Below are positions 22,011-31,331 of a stretch of DNA of 42,392 nt, one piece after another; the first letter of the stretch is position 1; every line of letters begins with the position of its first letter. A program made the translations under genes and the position numbers. Under the pieces are notes generated by a model. The model worked only from the letters and a program-made list of their open reading frames with translations, ran no database searches and was not told the origin of the DNA. Location of the stretch: NCBI GenBank assembly GCA_024278985.1, contig JAJRSC010000018.1, positions 1 through 42,392 of the forward strand. Direction: 5' to 3'. This stretch comes from an archaeon (GTDB lineage Archaea > AGJL01 > Methanococci > Methanococcales > Methanocaldococcaceae).

Positions 22011-22685
22011 TTGAAGCCAAAAGATGCTCTAAGAAAGGATATGTTTGCAGAATTTACATTAAATAAATCCTTTAATACATATAAGGGAAGAATAATAAAA
22101 GTAGATTTTAATGGTCCATTGGAAGGAATAGTAATGAAAAATAAAAAAGACCAAATCTATTTTTATCCTCTTTTAGCTTTACATATGGTTAAACCACATA
22201 ACTGTTATCCTATAAATGTTATTCCAAAAACTTCCTTACCAACAAATCCAAAGAATATTCATATTAAAGAAGCATTATCCAGAATAGTTGGAAGGACTGT
22301 TAAAGTATTTTATAACAATCCAAAAACTGGATATTTAGGTAGATTGTTAGGTTTTACAAGAGGTGTTTTTTCTTGGAGTTTAGTTATGGAAATACATGGA
22401 GAGATATATCTATTTTTTAATCCTGATTATATCGTTTATTATGGTACTGTATGGAAATTTTTAAAAAATAATCCTCCATATGAAAAGCCTAGACTTATGA
22501 ATCTTACTAAGACAGCCAATTTTTTAAATAGATGTTTATTAGAGGATGTAATTATTGAGGAGAATTATCCAAGAATTAATGTAGATAATAGGGTTTATAT
22601 CTATCCTTATGGTGTTGTTGGTGAAGATGGGTACTTAAAGGAGACAATTATTGAGATACTAAAAGAAAAAGAGTTTTTATCCTAA
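22011..22685 (+). CDS. hypothetical protein, possibly with tandem Sm-like folds
   Basis: Long ORF with GGGGA RBS and TTG start; Sm1-like segment LSRIVGRTVKVFY...GYLGRLLGF. Confidence 0.65.
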   Translation: MKPKDALRKDMFAEFTLNKSFNTYKGRIIKVDFNGPLEGIVMKNKKDQIYFYPLLALHMVKPHNCYPINVIPKTSLPTNPKNIHIKEALSRIVGRTVKVFYNNPKTGYLGRLLGFTRGVFSWSLVMEIHGEIYLFFNPDYIVYYGTVWKFLKNNPPYEKPRLMNLTKTANFLNRCLLEDVIIEENYPRINVDNRVYIYPYGVVGEDGYLKETIIEILKEKEFLS

Positions 22686-23116
22686 AGATATTCAAAGACT
22701 TTACTCATGCATCCAGCTAACAATCCAGCAATGGCATCATCCATAAATAAAAATCCTTCTTTATCCAACCTGCCTATAACTCCTGGCTTATGTTTATCAT
22801 AAAATCTAAAGTTAAAAATTGCTTTAGTTCCTGCTATTTCATTAGCTATAGCAATTCCAATAACTTCATCTACATAAATATAATTTGGGTCACTATTATA
22901 GTCAATAGGTAAGTTATTATTTTTCCCTTCTTTATCTAATAAGTAAGCTGCTAAAATTAATAAATATACATTTGGATTTTTTAAGGAGGAGATAATTAAG
23001 TTCTTTAATTTTTCTCTAATTATATTTTTCTCTTTTTTATCTCCAATATATAGTTCCATCCCTGATTCAACTAAATCATCAATTTTAATATTAAGTTCCT
23101 CCAAAATGTCTATCAT
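22682..23116 (-). CDS. cobZ: PgpA-like protein / alpha-ribazole phosphatase CobZ-type
   Basis: DP.....DEVIGIAIA..IAG.KA.FNF..YD..KPG and F.DDAIAGL.AG.MS motifs. Confidence 0.75.
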   Translation of the reverse strand: MIDILEELNIKIDDLVESGMELYIGDKKEKNIIREKLKNLIISSLKNPNVYLLILAAYLLDKEGKNNNLPIDYNSDPNYIYVDEVIGIAIANEIAGTKAIFNFRFYDKHKPGVIGRLDKEGFLFMDDAIAGLLAGCMSKVFEYL

Positions 23117-23124
23117 AAAATCCC

Positions 23125-23850
23125 TTAGTCAATAATATGCTTCTTAAAGATTGTTTCATAAATATCTAATGCTTTATTTATTAAACCTAATTTTTCATAA
23201 GCTAATGCTTTACCAAATATAGCCCCTACATGGTTTGGGCATCTTTCAATAACATAATCAAACTTTTCTATAGCTTCATCATACTCTTTTAATTTTAAAT
23301 GTATTATTCCCATTAAATAATATGCTTCAAGATTACTACTATTTATTTCTAAAGCTTTATTTAATGCCTCAATAGCTTTAGATATTTTACCTAAATACAT
23401 TAATATTTTTCCTTTTAATAGAAGAGCATTAACAAATTTTGGATAAATTTTTAAGGCTTTATCAATATATTCCAAGGCCTCGTTAAGTTTTCCTATATTA
23501 TATAGTATTTCAGCTTTTCCATATAATGCATGAATACAATTAAAGTTTCTTATTAATTTGTTATACATCTCTAAAGCTTTATCAAACTCTCCAATATCCT
23601 TATAAACATTAGCTAATCTTAAGGGTGTTACATATAAATGATTATTATTTAATTCTAAAATCTCAGTATATTCTTTTATGGCCTTATTAAGTTTTCCTAC
23701 CATCTCATAATAGTAACCTTTTAAAAACTTAATAATAATTTTTTCATCAGGATATTCTCTTTCATACTCTTCTAAAATTTTAATAATATCATTAGGGTCA
23801 GAATATTCAGAAAATATTTTAATTAATTTCTCCATTATATACCCCTCCAT
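23125..23850 (-). CDS. tetratricopeptide repeat protein
   Basis: About six 34-aa repeats with G..Y...G...A...Y..AL...P pattern. Confidence 0.9.
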   Translation of the reverse strand: MEGYIMEKLIKIFSEYSDPNDIIKILEEYEREYPDEKIIIKFLKGYYYEMVGKLNKAIKEYTEILELNNNHLYVTPLRLANVYKDIGEFDKALEMYNKLIRNFNCIHALYGKAEILYNIGKLNEALEYIDKALKIYPKFVNALLLKGKILMYLGKISKAIEALNKALEINSSNLEAYYLMGIIHLKLKEYDEAIEKFDYVIERCPNHVGAIFGKALAYEKLGLINKALDIYETIFKKHIID

Positions 23851-23996
23851 AGTATCCCATTATTATTTTTATTATCTAAAATTATTATATTTATAACCTC
23901 TCTATTTACAATAAATAATAACATATATTAATAATCATTTATTATAATTTTGTAATATTGGTATAGATATTTAAAAAAGTTGTAGTGGGATAATTT

Positions 23997-25130
23997 ATGG
24001 ATATAATATCAAATATATTAAAGAATGAAATATTTAAAGCTTTGGGTTGTACTGAGGTCTTATTAATTGGAAAAGCAGCTTTTAAAGCTAAGCCAGAGAA
24101 TATTTGGGATATTGAGGAAATAGTATTAACACTTAGTAAAGATGTATTTAAAAATGCTTATGCTGTTGGTGTTCCCAATACTGGAAAATTTGGGATAATT
24201 CCAGCAATAGTTGGAGGGCTGTTAAGTATAGATGAAAATAAAATTTTTGAAATTGAAAAATATGATGAAGAATTTGAGAAGTATATTAAAGATAAAATAA
24301 AAATTAATGTTGTTAATGGTAAAGTTTATTGTAAGATAACTATTAAAGCAGATAAAATATACACATCTGAACTAAGAGAATACAAAAAAAATAACATTAA
24401 TAAAGAGATTAAAGATGAGTTTAAAAACTTAAATCTAAATAATTTTTTAAAATATATTGAAAATATTCCTAAAGATGTTGAAAATCTTATTAATGAGGTT
24501 ATTGAAATTAATTATTCATTAACTAATCCAAAAGTTCCAGAAGACTTTATAAAAATAGATTTTAAAGATGAAATTTTTAGCTATGTCTTAGAAAAAAGTA
24601 TTTCTGCTATATACAATAGAATGATAGGAATTAATAAGCCAGCCATGGCTATAGCAGGCAGTGGAAATATGGGATTATCAGCAACAGTTCCAATTATTGC
24701 ATATGATGAAATAACCAATAAAGATAGAGATAGATTAATAAAATCTATAACATTATCTGCCTTATCAACAATTTACTCAACATATTACTCTGGATACACC
24801 TCTGCTATGTGTGGCTGTGTAAATAGAGGTGGTTTAGGGGCATTGGTAGGATTATCTTATTATTTAGATAAAGATATTGATACAGTTGTTAAATCTTTCA
24901 CTGCCAACTTACCAGGAATTATTTGTGATGGAGGAAAAGTTGGCTGTGCCTTAAAAATTGCTTCAGGAATATTTTCTATATTTTTATCATTAAATTCAAA
25001 GTGTCCAGGAAATAATGGAATTGTAGGGAAAGATTTTAAATCATGTATAGAAAATATTAATAAAATAGGTATATATATGGACAATGTAGATAATGCTATA
25101 ATTGAAATCTTAAAAAATAAAGAAGAGTGA
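23997..25130 (+). CDS. L-cysteine desulfidase (Fe-S, serine dehydratase alpha-like family)
   Basis: ALGCTE, GSGNMG, SAMCGC, GIICDGGKVGCALK motifs. Confidence 0.85.
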   Translation: MDIISNILKNEIFKALGCTEVLLIGKAAFKAKPENIWDIEEIVLTLSKDVFKNAYAVGVPNTGKFGIIPAIVGGLLSIDENKIFEIEKYDEEFEKYIKDKIKINVVNGKVYCKITIKADKIYTSELREYKKNNINKEIKDEFKNLNLNNFLKYIENIPKDVENLINEVIEINYSLTNPKVPEDFIKIDFKDEIFSYVLEKSISAIYNRMIGINKPAMAIAGSGNMGLSATVPIIAYDEITNKDRDRLIKSITLSALSTIYSTYYSGYTSAMCGCVNRGGLGALVGLSYYLDKDIDTVVKSFTANLPGIICDGGKVGCALKIASGIFSIFLSLNSKCPGNNGIVGKDFKSCIENINKIGIYMDNVDNAIIEILKNKEE

Positions 25131-26383
25131 GAGTTATGTTTGATGAACCAGTTAAAGAAATAATGACAAGAGATGTAGTAACAATAACTCCAGATACTCC
25201 AATATCCAAAGCAATTGGAATAATGGATGAAAATAATTTCCATCACTTAATAGTTGTTGATAAACAGGATGGAAAGGAAGAATACTATTTAGTAACTATG
25301 AGAGATTTATTATTAGCAAGAAATCCAGAGGAAGAAGTTAGGACATTAATGTATAAAGCACACTGTATTGATGAAGATACTCCTGTTTTAGATGCTATCT
25401 GTGAAATGGTTGATAGTGGTCAAAGAGCAGCACCAATAGTTAATAAGTATGGTGTATTAGTAGGAATAGTTACTGATTATGATATTATTTCAAGGGCTGC
25501 AAGAAGTAAGTTGTTAAAAGATGTTGATGTTAAAAAAATAATGTCAAGACCTGTTATAACAATAAATGAAAATGACTCTATTGGTAAGGCAAGGGCATTA
25601 ATGAGGGATAACAACATTGGAAGGTTGGTAGTTGTAGATGATGATGGAAAACCTATAGGAATAGTTACAGAGGAAGATATTTTAAAAAAGGTCTTTAAAC
25701 CAAAACAAAGAATGAAATATGGAGAAGTTAAAGGAGAGAAAGTTCCAAGATTTGGGCAGCCAGTTAAATTAATTATGAGTTCTCCTCTTATAACTATTGA
25801 CCCAGATGCAAGTGTTGCAGAGGCTGCAAGATTGATGAAAGAATACAGTATAAGGGGAATACCTGTTGTTAGAGGAGATAAATTAAGAGGTATTATTACA
25901 AGACATGATATTATTAAGTATCTGGCAGATTTAAAGAAAGGGGCAATGATTGAAGTAGAAATTCATGGAGAGATGGATAAAGATGTTGAAGACTTAGCTA
26001 AAAGAATTATTGCAACTGAAGTTAAAAAAATGGTTAAACATGCTGGAAAAATACACTGGATAAAAATTAACATTAAAAAAGAAAGAGACAAGGGAGTAGT
26101 TCCTTACTATAAAATAACTACCTATGTAAAGACACCTGATAAATTATATGTTGGTGAAGCAAAACCTAAAGGTTCAATTCCAAATAAATTAGAGGCTGAA
26201 GGGGAAGACGTAGGATATGTTTCTGAGCATGTTAGATGGGAATTTATTGATGTATTAAAAGATTCATTAGATTCAGTTTTAAAACAGTTAGAAGCAGACC
26301 ATGATAGAAAAAATCCAAAACATCAAAAGGAAAGAGTAGGAACTTATGAAGAGTTTAATCCTGAAGAGTTTAAAAGAGAATAA
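25127..26383 (+). CDS. 4xCBS-domain protein with C-terminal HPF/RaiA-like domain (candidate ribosome hibernation factor)
   Basis: Four CBS repeats in aa 1-270; aa 274-390 show the beta-alpha-beta-beta-beta-alpha pattern of HPF; ATG 25136 is an alternative start. Confidence 0.75.
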   Translation: MRVMFDEPVKEIMTRDVVTITPDTPISKAIGIMDENNFHHLIVVDKQDGKEEYYLVTMRDLLLARNPEEEVRTLMYKAHCIDEDTPVLDAICEMVDSGQRAAPIVNKYGVLVGIVTDYDIISRAARSKLLKDVDVKKIMSRPVITINENDSIGKARALMRDNNIGRLVVVDDDGKPIGIVTEEDILKKVFKPKQRMKYGEVKGEKVPRFGQPVKLIMSSPLITIDPDASVAEAARLMKEYSIRGIPVVRGDKLRGIITRHDIIKYLADLKKGAMIEVEIHGEMDKDVEDLAKRIIATEVKKMVKHAGKIHWIKINIKKERDKGVVPYYKITTYVKTPDKLYVGEAKPKGSIPNKLEAEGEDVGYVSEHVRWEFIDVLKDSLDSVLKQLEADHDRKNPKHQKERVGTYEEFNPEEFKRE

Positions 26384-26426
26384 ATTTTAAATATTCTTAT
26401 ATATTTATTTTTAAAGGGTTTGAAGT

Positions 26427-26861
26427 ATGGAGTTAAAAGTTAAAAAAATTATTAATGGTACTGTTATAGACCATATTTCTCCAGGAAAGGCATTAATTGT
26501 TTTAAAGGCATTAAATATTAAAACTGACAAAACTATAACCATAGCCATTAATGTACCATCAAAAAATAAAGGTAAAAAAGATATATTAAAAATAGAGGAT
26601 GTTTTTTTAGATGAGAATGAAGTCAATAAAATAGCCCTAATCTCTGATGCTACAATAAATATTATTAAAGATGGGAAAGTTGTTAAAAAATTTAAAGCAC
26701 AATTACCCAAAGAAATAGAGGGAATAATTAAATGTACAAATCCAAACTGTATAACCAATATTGAAAAAGTTAAAGGTAAGTTTATAGTTGAAAAAAAAGA
26801 ACCATTAAAAATAAGATGCTACTATTGTGAGAAATTTATTAATAATATTGAATTTGTATGA
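26427..26861 (+). CDS. pyrI: aspartate carbamoyltransferase regulatory chain
   Basis: NGTVIDHI, KKDILKIE, C.NPNCIT...CYYCE Zn site. Confidence 0.96.
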   Translation: MELKVKKIINGTVIDHISPGKALIVLKALNIKTDKTITIAINVPSKNKGKKDILKIEDVFLDENEVNKIALISDATINIIKDGKVVKKFKAQLPKEIEGIIKCTNPNCITNIEKVKGKFIVEKKEPLKIRCYYCEKFINNIEFV

Positions 26862-27790
26862 TTATTATGTTAATGGAAGACATTATTTTTTTATATAATA
26901 ATAAATCAACTTTGGAATTACTATTTTTGGCTAATAAGTATAGCTCTAAAAAAATAAGTTTATGCTCTATTATTAATGCCAAGTGTGGAAAATGTCCTGA
27001 GGACTGTATATATTGTTCTCAATCAATTTATCATAAAACAAACATAAATATTTATCCTTTAAAACCAATAAATGAGATTTTAGAAACTGCTAAAAAGTAT
27101 GATGGTGTTGTAGAAAGATTTAGTATTGTTGTTAGTGGAAAAAAAGTAAATGAAGATGAATTTAACAAAATTTTGGAGGCTATAGAAAAAATTAAAGAAG
27201 AGACAAATTTAAAAATATGCTGTTCTTTAGGACTATTAAATAAAGAGGAATTAAAAGAATTAAAAAAATTAGATGTAAGAATACATAATAACTTAGAGAC
27301 AAATAAGGACTATTTTAAAAATATCTGTTCTACACATTCATATGATGATAAAATAAAGGTTATTAAAACTGCCAAAAAATTGGGTTTAGAGGTTTGTAGT
27401 GGAGGAATTATTAGTTTAGGGGAGAGTTATATAGATAGAATAAAGTTGGCTTTAGAGCTTAGAGAGTTGGGTGTGGATAGTATTCCAATAAATATATTTC
27501 ATCCTATAGAAGGAACTAAGGCATATCAATATCTAAAAACTGGAAAAATAAAGATGTTAGATATTGACGAAATATTAAAAACAATAGCTATTTTTAAAAT
27601 TATTAATCCTAATGCAGAAATAAGATTAGCAGGAGGAAGATTATATTTAGGGGATTATCAAGCATTATCTTTATTAGCTTTAGATGGGTTAATGGTTGGG
27701 GATTATTTAACTACTAAAGGAAGAAAATTAAAAGATGATTTAAAAATGGTTGAAATTTATGAAAAAATACAGAAAAAAAATAGCTATTAA
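26858..27790 (+). CDS. bioB: biotin synthase (radical SAM)
   Basis: CPEDCIYCSQS, CCSLG, HNNLET, CSGGI, IRLAGGR, GDYLTT. Confidence 0.92.
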   Translation: MIIMLMEDIIFLYNNKSTLELLFLANKYSSKKISLCSIINAKCGKCPEDCIYCSQSIYHKTNINIYPLKPINEILETAKKYDGVVERFSIVVSGKKVNEDEFNKILEAIEKIKEETNLKICCSLGLLNKEELKELKKLDVRIHNNLETNKDYFKNICSTHSYDDKIKVIKTAKKLGLEVCSGGIISLGESYIDRIKLALELRELGVDSIPINIFHPIEGTKAYQYLKTGKIKMLDIDEILKTIAIFKIINPNAEIRLAGGRLYLGDYQALSLLALDGLMVGDYLTTKGRKLKDDLKMVEIYEKIQKKNSY

Positions 27791-28478
27791 AGAAAGTATA
27801 ATTAATTTAGTGGTTGATAATCCCAATTACTTTAATTTAGCAGAAGAAATAATATTAAAGTGTAGAGTAGAGATAGAGAGTTATATTATAAAACATCCAG
27901 AATTTTTATATTCATTAGAGCCAATAAATGTGGATGGTTATGGAATTATAAAAGAAATGGCCTTAGCAGGTTTTAAAACAAACACTGTACCAATGGCAGC
28001 AGTTGCAGGGGCAATTGCTGAGTTTGTTGTAAAAAATATCCCTTCAAAGTATGTAGTAGCTGAAAATGGTGGGGATATAGCATTAAAGGGAAAGGAGGTT
28101 TTAATAGGATTATATGCAGGAAAATCTAAGATTTCTGGAGAAATTGCATTTAGAATAAAAGACAAAAAAATTTATGGTGTATGTAGTTCATCAGCTACTT
28201 TTGGACATTCTATAAGTTTTGGTAATGCTGATATAGTTACAGTTTTTGCTAAAAGTCCAACCCTTGCAGATGCTGCTGCTACTGCAATATGTAATGCTAC
28301 TGTTGGAAAAGATAAAGAAGAGATGATAACTAAAGGCTTAGAAAAAGCTGATGATATTGATGGAATTGATGGAGTTTTTATTTCAGTTGATGATTTAGTT
28401 GGAGTTAAGGGTAAAATTCCAGATATTATAAAGGTCAATAAAAAAATCAGTATTAATGATTTATTTGAGGTATATTAA
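27750..28478 (+). CDS. UPF0280 / ApbE-like protein
   Basis: PMAAVAGAIAE, ENGGDI, SS.TFGHSISFG.AD, ADAAATA; start probably ATG 27759. Confidence 0.88.
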   Translation: MKFMKKYRKKIAIKESIINLVVDNPNYFNLAEEIILKCRVEIESYIIKHPEFLYSLEPINVDGYGIIKEMALAGFKTNTVPMAAVAGAIAEFVVKNIPSKYVVAENGGDIALKGKEVLIGLYAGKSKISGEIAFRIKDKKIYGVCSSSATFGHSISFGNADIVTVFAKSPTLADAAATAICNATVGKDKEEMITKGLEKADDIDGIDGVFISVDDLVGVKGKIPDIIKVNKKISINDLFEVY

Positions 28479-29407
28479 TATCTTAGCATACTTTTAATAT
28501 GCTCCAATAATTCAATGGCATCTGACATTTTTTCAAGTTCTTTAATACTTAATATTGGAAGTTTAGAATATTCTTTTTCTTTTTTTTCAACAATTAGTAA
28601 GGAATAGCTATCTATTAACTTTGATAGTTCTTTAACAATTAAAGCCTTTTTTTCTACTTCAATATTTGTTTTTTCTTCAATATTGGTCAATACTATATTT
28701 TCCTTATTATTTTGAGCAACTGCATCAAAAGGAGCCTTTTCAAATACAAAAGACTTAAATCCTAATTCCTTTAAAAATTTTAATGCCTCTTTTTTATAGT
28801 CGTCAATTTCTAAATTTTCATTAAATTCTAATTCATTAGATTCTTTTTCAAATAAATCAATTCCCTTTACAAGTGGAACATCTAAAACTTCCTCAATCTT
28901 CATAGCTACCTCTATTGAAGGATTAGCTGACTGTGTTTCATATTTATATATTGCCTTTCTTGATACTCCAACAGCTTCAGCCAACTTTCCAGCAGATATT
29001 CCTAACTCTTCTCTGACTTTTTTTAGTTGATATCCATCAATTTTAACAAAAAATCCTCCTCTATTTGCATAAATAATAGGTGGCGAGCCTTCTAAGTAAT
29101 CCTTAAATGTCTCTAAATTTACAGATTTTATATTATATCTATCATAAACTACTCCCCTCTCCATTGGAGCATTTCTTGTTCTAATCCCAATTATTAAAGG
29201 AATTGCATTTAAGATATAACTTATTTTTTTTAGTTCATAGGCTTGGTCTTTACTTAAACTGTCAATATTTTTTAAAATTTTTAAGATTAATCTAATATCA
29301 TCTCTACTGGCAAATATATCAAAACAACTTCTACCCAATGGCTTAGAAACTCTAAAATGATGTAATTTTAATATTTGGATACATTCTTCTATTAACATTT
29401 CTCTCAT
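28475..29407 (-). CDS. conserved archaeal Cro/XRE-type HTH transcriptional regulator with nuclease-like flanking domains
   Basis: SCFDI, K.L.NIDS, RGG.FV.IDG, HTH REELGISAGKLAEAVGVSRKAIYKYE, KAPFDA; ATG 29407 follows GGAGG. Confidence 0.88.
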   Translation of the reverse strand: MREMLIEECIQILKLHHFRVSKPLGRSCFDIFASRDDIRLILKILKNIDSLSKDQAYELKKISYILNAIPLIIGIRTRNAPMERGVVYDRYNIKSVNLETFKDYLEGSPPIIYANRGGFFVKIDGYQLKKVREELGISAGKLAEAVGVSRKAIYKYETQSANPSIEVAMKIEEVLDVPLVKGIDLFEKESNELEFNENLEIDDYKKEALKFLKELGFKSFVFEKAPFDAVAQNNKENIVLTNIEEKTNIEVEKKALIVKELSKLIDSYSLLIVEKKEKEYSKLPILSIKELEKMSDAIELLEHIKSMLRY

Positions 29408-29520
29408 AAATATCCCCTCCAAATGATTTTCATATATAATATTTTCTATTTACATTTATAAAGATTTGTTTATATTCCCAAAATTTGTAAAAAAATAAAA
29501 TTTTTGAGATATTTAAGAAA

Positions 29521-29629
29521 TTAATAGATTCTATTAAAAAAATAATTAATCTTTCCTGCTTTTATATGAAACCTTTAAAAAGGTTTCAACCAAAGAGATA
29601 CATTACCTCGCTTCACTCGGTAATGTATC
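29521..29629. repeat. cluster of three inverted repeats
   Basis: TTAATAGA-T-TCTATTAA (29521-29537); TGAAACCTTT-AA-AAAGGTTTCA (29567-29588); GATACATTACC-N11-GGTAATGTATC (29597-29629). Confidence 0.8.
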
Positions 29630-29917
29630 ATAGTTTTTTTGCTTTTATAAGTCCTCTTTCAGATTTTGGTACGAGAAAATTGGTAAAAAATATTATTAAT
29701 TTTTTTTGGTTTTAATTGCTTATTTTTTGAAGTTTTTATTATTTTGAATTTTATTTATATCTCTTTTAGGTTTGTATCTTACTTATATTATCTATTTATA
29801 GAGATTTTTTAATATAGTTTATAAAATATATTCATAATCTTTCTTACACTTATAAAGGTTTTAATAATCAGAAATAATAAGTATAAAAACATAACCCTAA
29901 AATAAATAAAATAATAT

Positions 29918-30622
29918 TTAAATGTCCTCAATATCTGTAATAATATAATTACCTTCTTTACCTTCAAAACCTTTAACTAAAAATGTCTTAGCATTTAACT
30001 TAAAGCATATATGTCTAATAGTATCCTCAACTCCAAGTTCTTCCAATAAATCTAAGATATTAGGAATTAATTTTTCAAGGGTTGAGTGTGGTAAATAAAA
30101 CCTTTTTGTTGAAGTTCCAAAATGTATTTTTCCAAATGTTTTAATTTTAACATCAACATCATCTGGAGAAATTTCTCCACAATTTTTACAGATATAAACT
30201 AAACCTTTTGGTTTTATTTTTGGTTCAACTATTGATTTACAATTTTTACAGTAGTAGTTTGTATATATTGTTTGAATATTTAGTTCAAATATAGCAGGAA
30301 TCTTTAATTCTAATGGTTGTCCTCTATTAAAAAGTTCATCATCTGGAATGGGAGGAATTTCATGAGGGTATATTTTTCCTTTTATTATCTTTTCTACAAT
30401 TTTTACACTTTTCTCCTCAGTAATTCTCCCAAAAATTTCATAATATTTATTTTTTTCTAATGGAATATTTGAGATAAAATTAGCAATTCCATCTTTATCT
30501 ACCATTGTTCCAGTGTAAAATTTAACTCCATCTTCAGTTTCTCTTTCCCTTATATCTAAAATTTTAACCTTTGTTATTATTTGACTACCAGGAAGTAATT
30601 CCTTAATTTTACCTAAAACCAT
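29918..30622 (-). CDS. OB-fold / Zn-finger protein, RPA1-like
   Basis: N-terminal OB fold (GKIKELLPG...KVKILDI...GTMVDKDG) and a second OB fold with CKNC-x16-CKNC insert. Confidence 0.65.
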   Translation of the reverse strand: MVLGKIKELLPGSQIITKVKILDIRERETEDGVKFYTGTMVDKDGIANFISNIPLEKNKYYEIFGRITEEKSVKIVEKIIKGKIYPHEIPPIPDDELFNRGQPLELKIPAIFELNIQTIYTNYYCKNCKSIVEPKIKPKGLVYICKNCGEISPDDVDVKIKTFGKIHFGTSTKRFYLPHSTLEKLIPNILDLLEELGVEDTIRHICFKLNAKTFLVKGFEGKEGNYIITDIEDI

Positions 30623-31297
30623 TTAATCCTCCTCCTTTAACAATTCTTTAATCTTTGGGAGGACAATATCCTCAACAAATATTTTTTGTGCAATGTATTC
30701 CTTTGGTTGTACTATAACAGGCATGTCATTTAATGATAAAGATATTGCTCTATGTCTTCCTTTCTCTGTTTCATATTCCATAACTCCAAACCTAACAAAT
30801 CCTCTAATAAACATTCCACTATATATTTCAGGATTTGCCTTAATTCCAAATAATCTTAACCTTCCCCAACTATATCCATCAAATACTCTAAATATAGTGT
30901 AATCTTTCCCTGTGGATGTAGTTCTATGTTCTAATCCTACAACTATTCCAGTTATTATAGCCCTTTGAATAGGAATTCCTTTAATATCTAAATATGTTAT
31001 TCTCTCATCTTCGTCATCAATTCTTTTTAAAAACTTTTCTTTACATAGTGATAATGGAATAGGAACAGATGTTCTTAATTCTGTTCCTTTTGCTATCTTT
31101 AAATCCTCTAAATTTCCAATAAATCTAAATTCTTTTTTTGGAAATGGTTCATATGTTCCCAATATAGCCTCATAATCATCAGCAGTTATTTTTAAATATG
31201 TCTCTTCTATTTCTTCAATACCTTCATCAGTATATACTTCTGAATATTTAACTATTTCATATCCATCTTCATAGATTTTTATATCATACCTGACCAT
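30623..31297 (-). CDS. OB-fold protein, RPA2/RPA-associated-like
   Basis: IQRAIITGIVV...YTIFRVFDGYSW.RLRLF...FIRGFVR resembles the RPA32 OB fold. Confidence 0.6.
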   Translation of the reverse strand: MVRYDIKIYEDGYEIVKYSEVYTDEGIEEIEETYLKITADDYEAILGTYEPFPKKEFRFIGNLEDLKIAKGTELRTSVPIPLSLCKEKFLKRIDDEDERITYLDIKGIPIQRAIITGIVVGLEHRTTSTGKDYTIFRVFDGYSWGRLRLFGIKANPEIYSGMFIRGFVRFGVMEYETEKGRHRAISLSLNDMPVIVQPKEYIAQKIFVEDIVLPKIKELLKEED

Positions 31298-31331
31298 ATT
31301 ATCCCCAATAAATAATTTATTTTTACTAATA

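Noticed and set aside
29641-29917. Possible CRISPR leader plus one degenerate repeat (minus strand GTACCAAAATCTGAAAGAGGACTTATAAAAG)
   Set aside because: Only faint resemblance to methanococcal repeats; no repeated unit, spacers or cas genes
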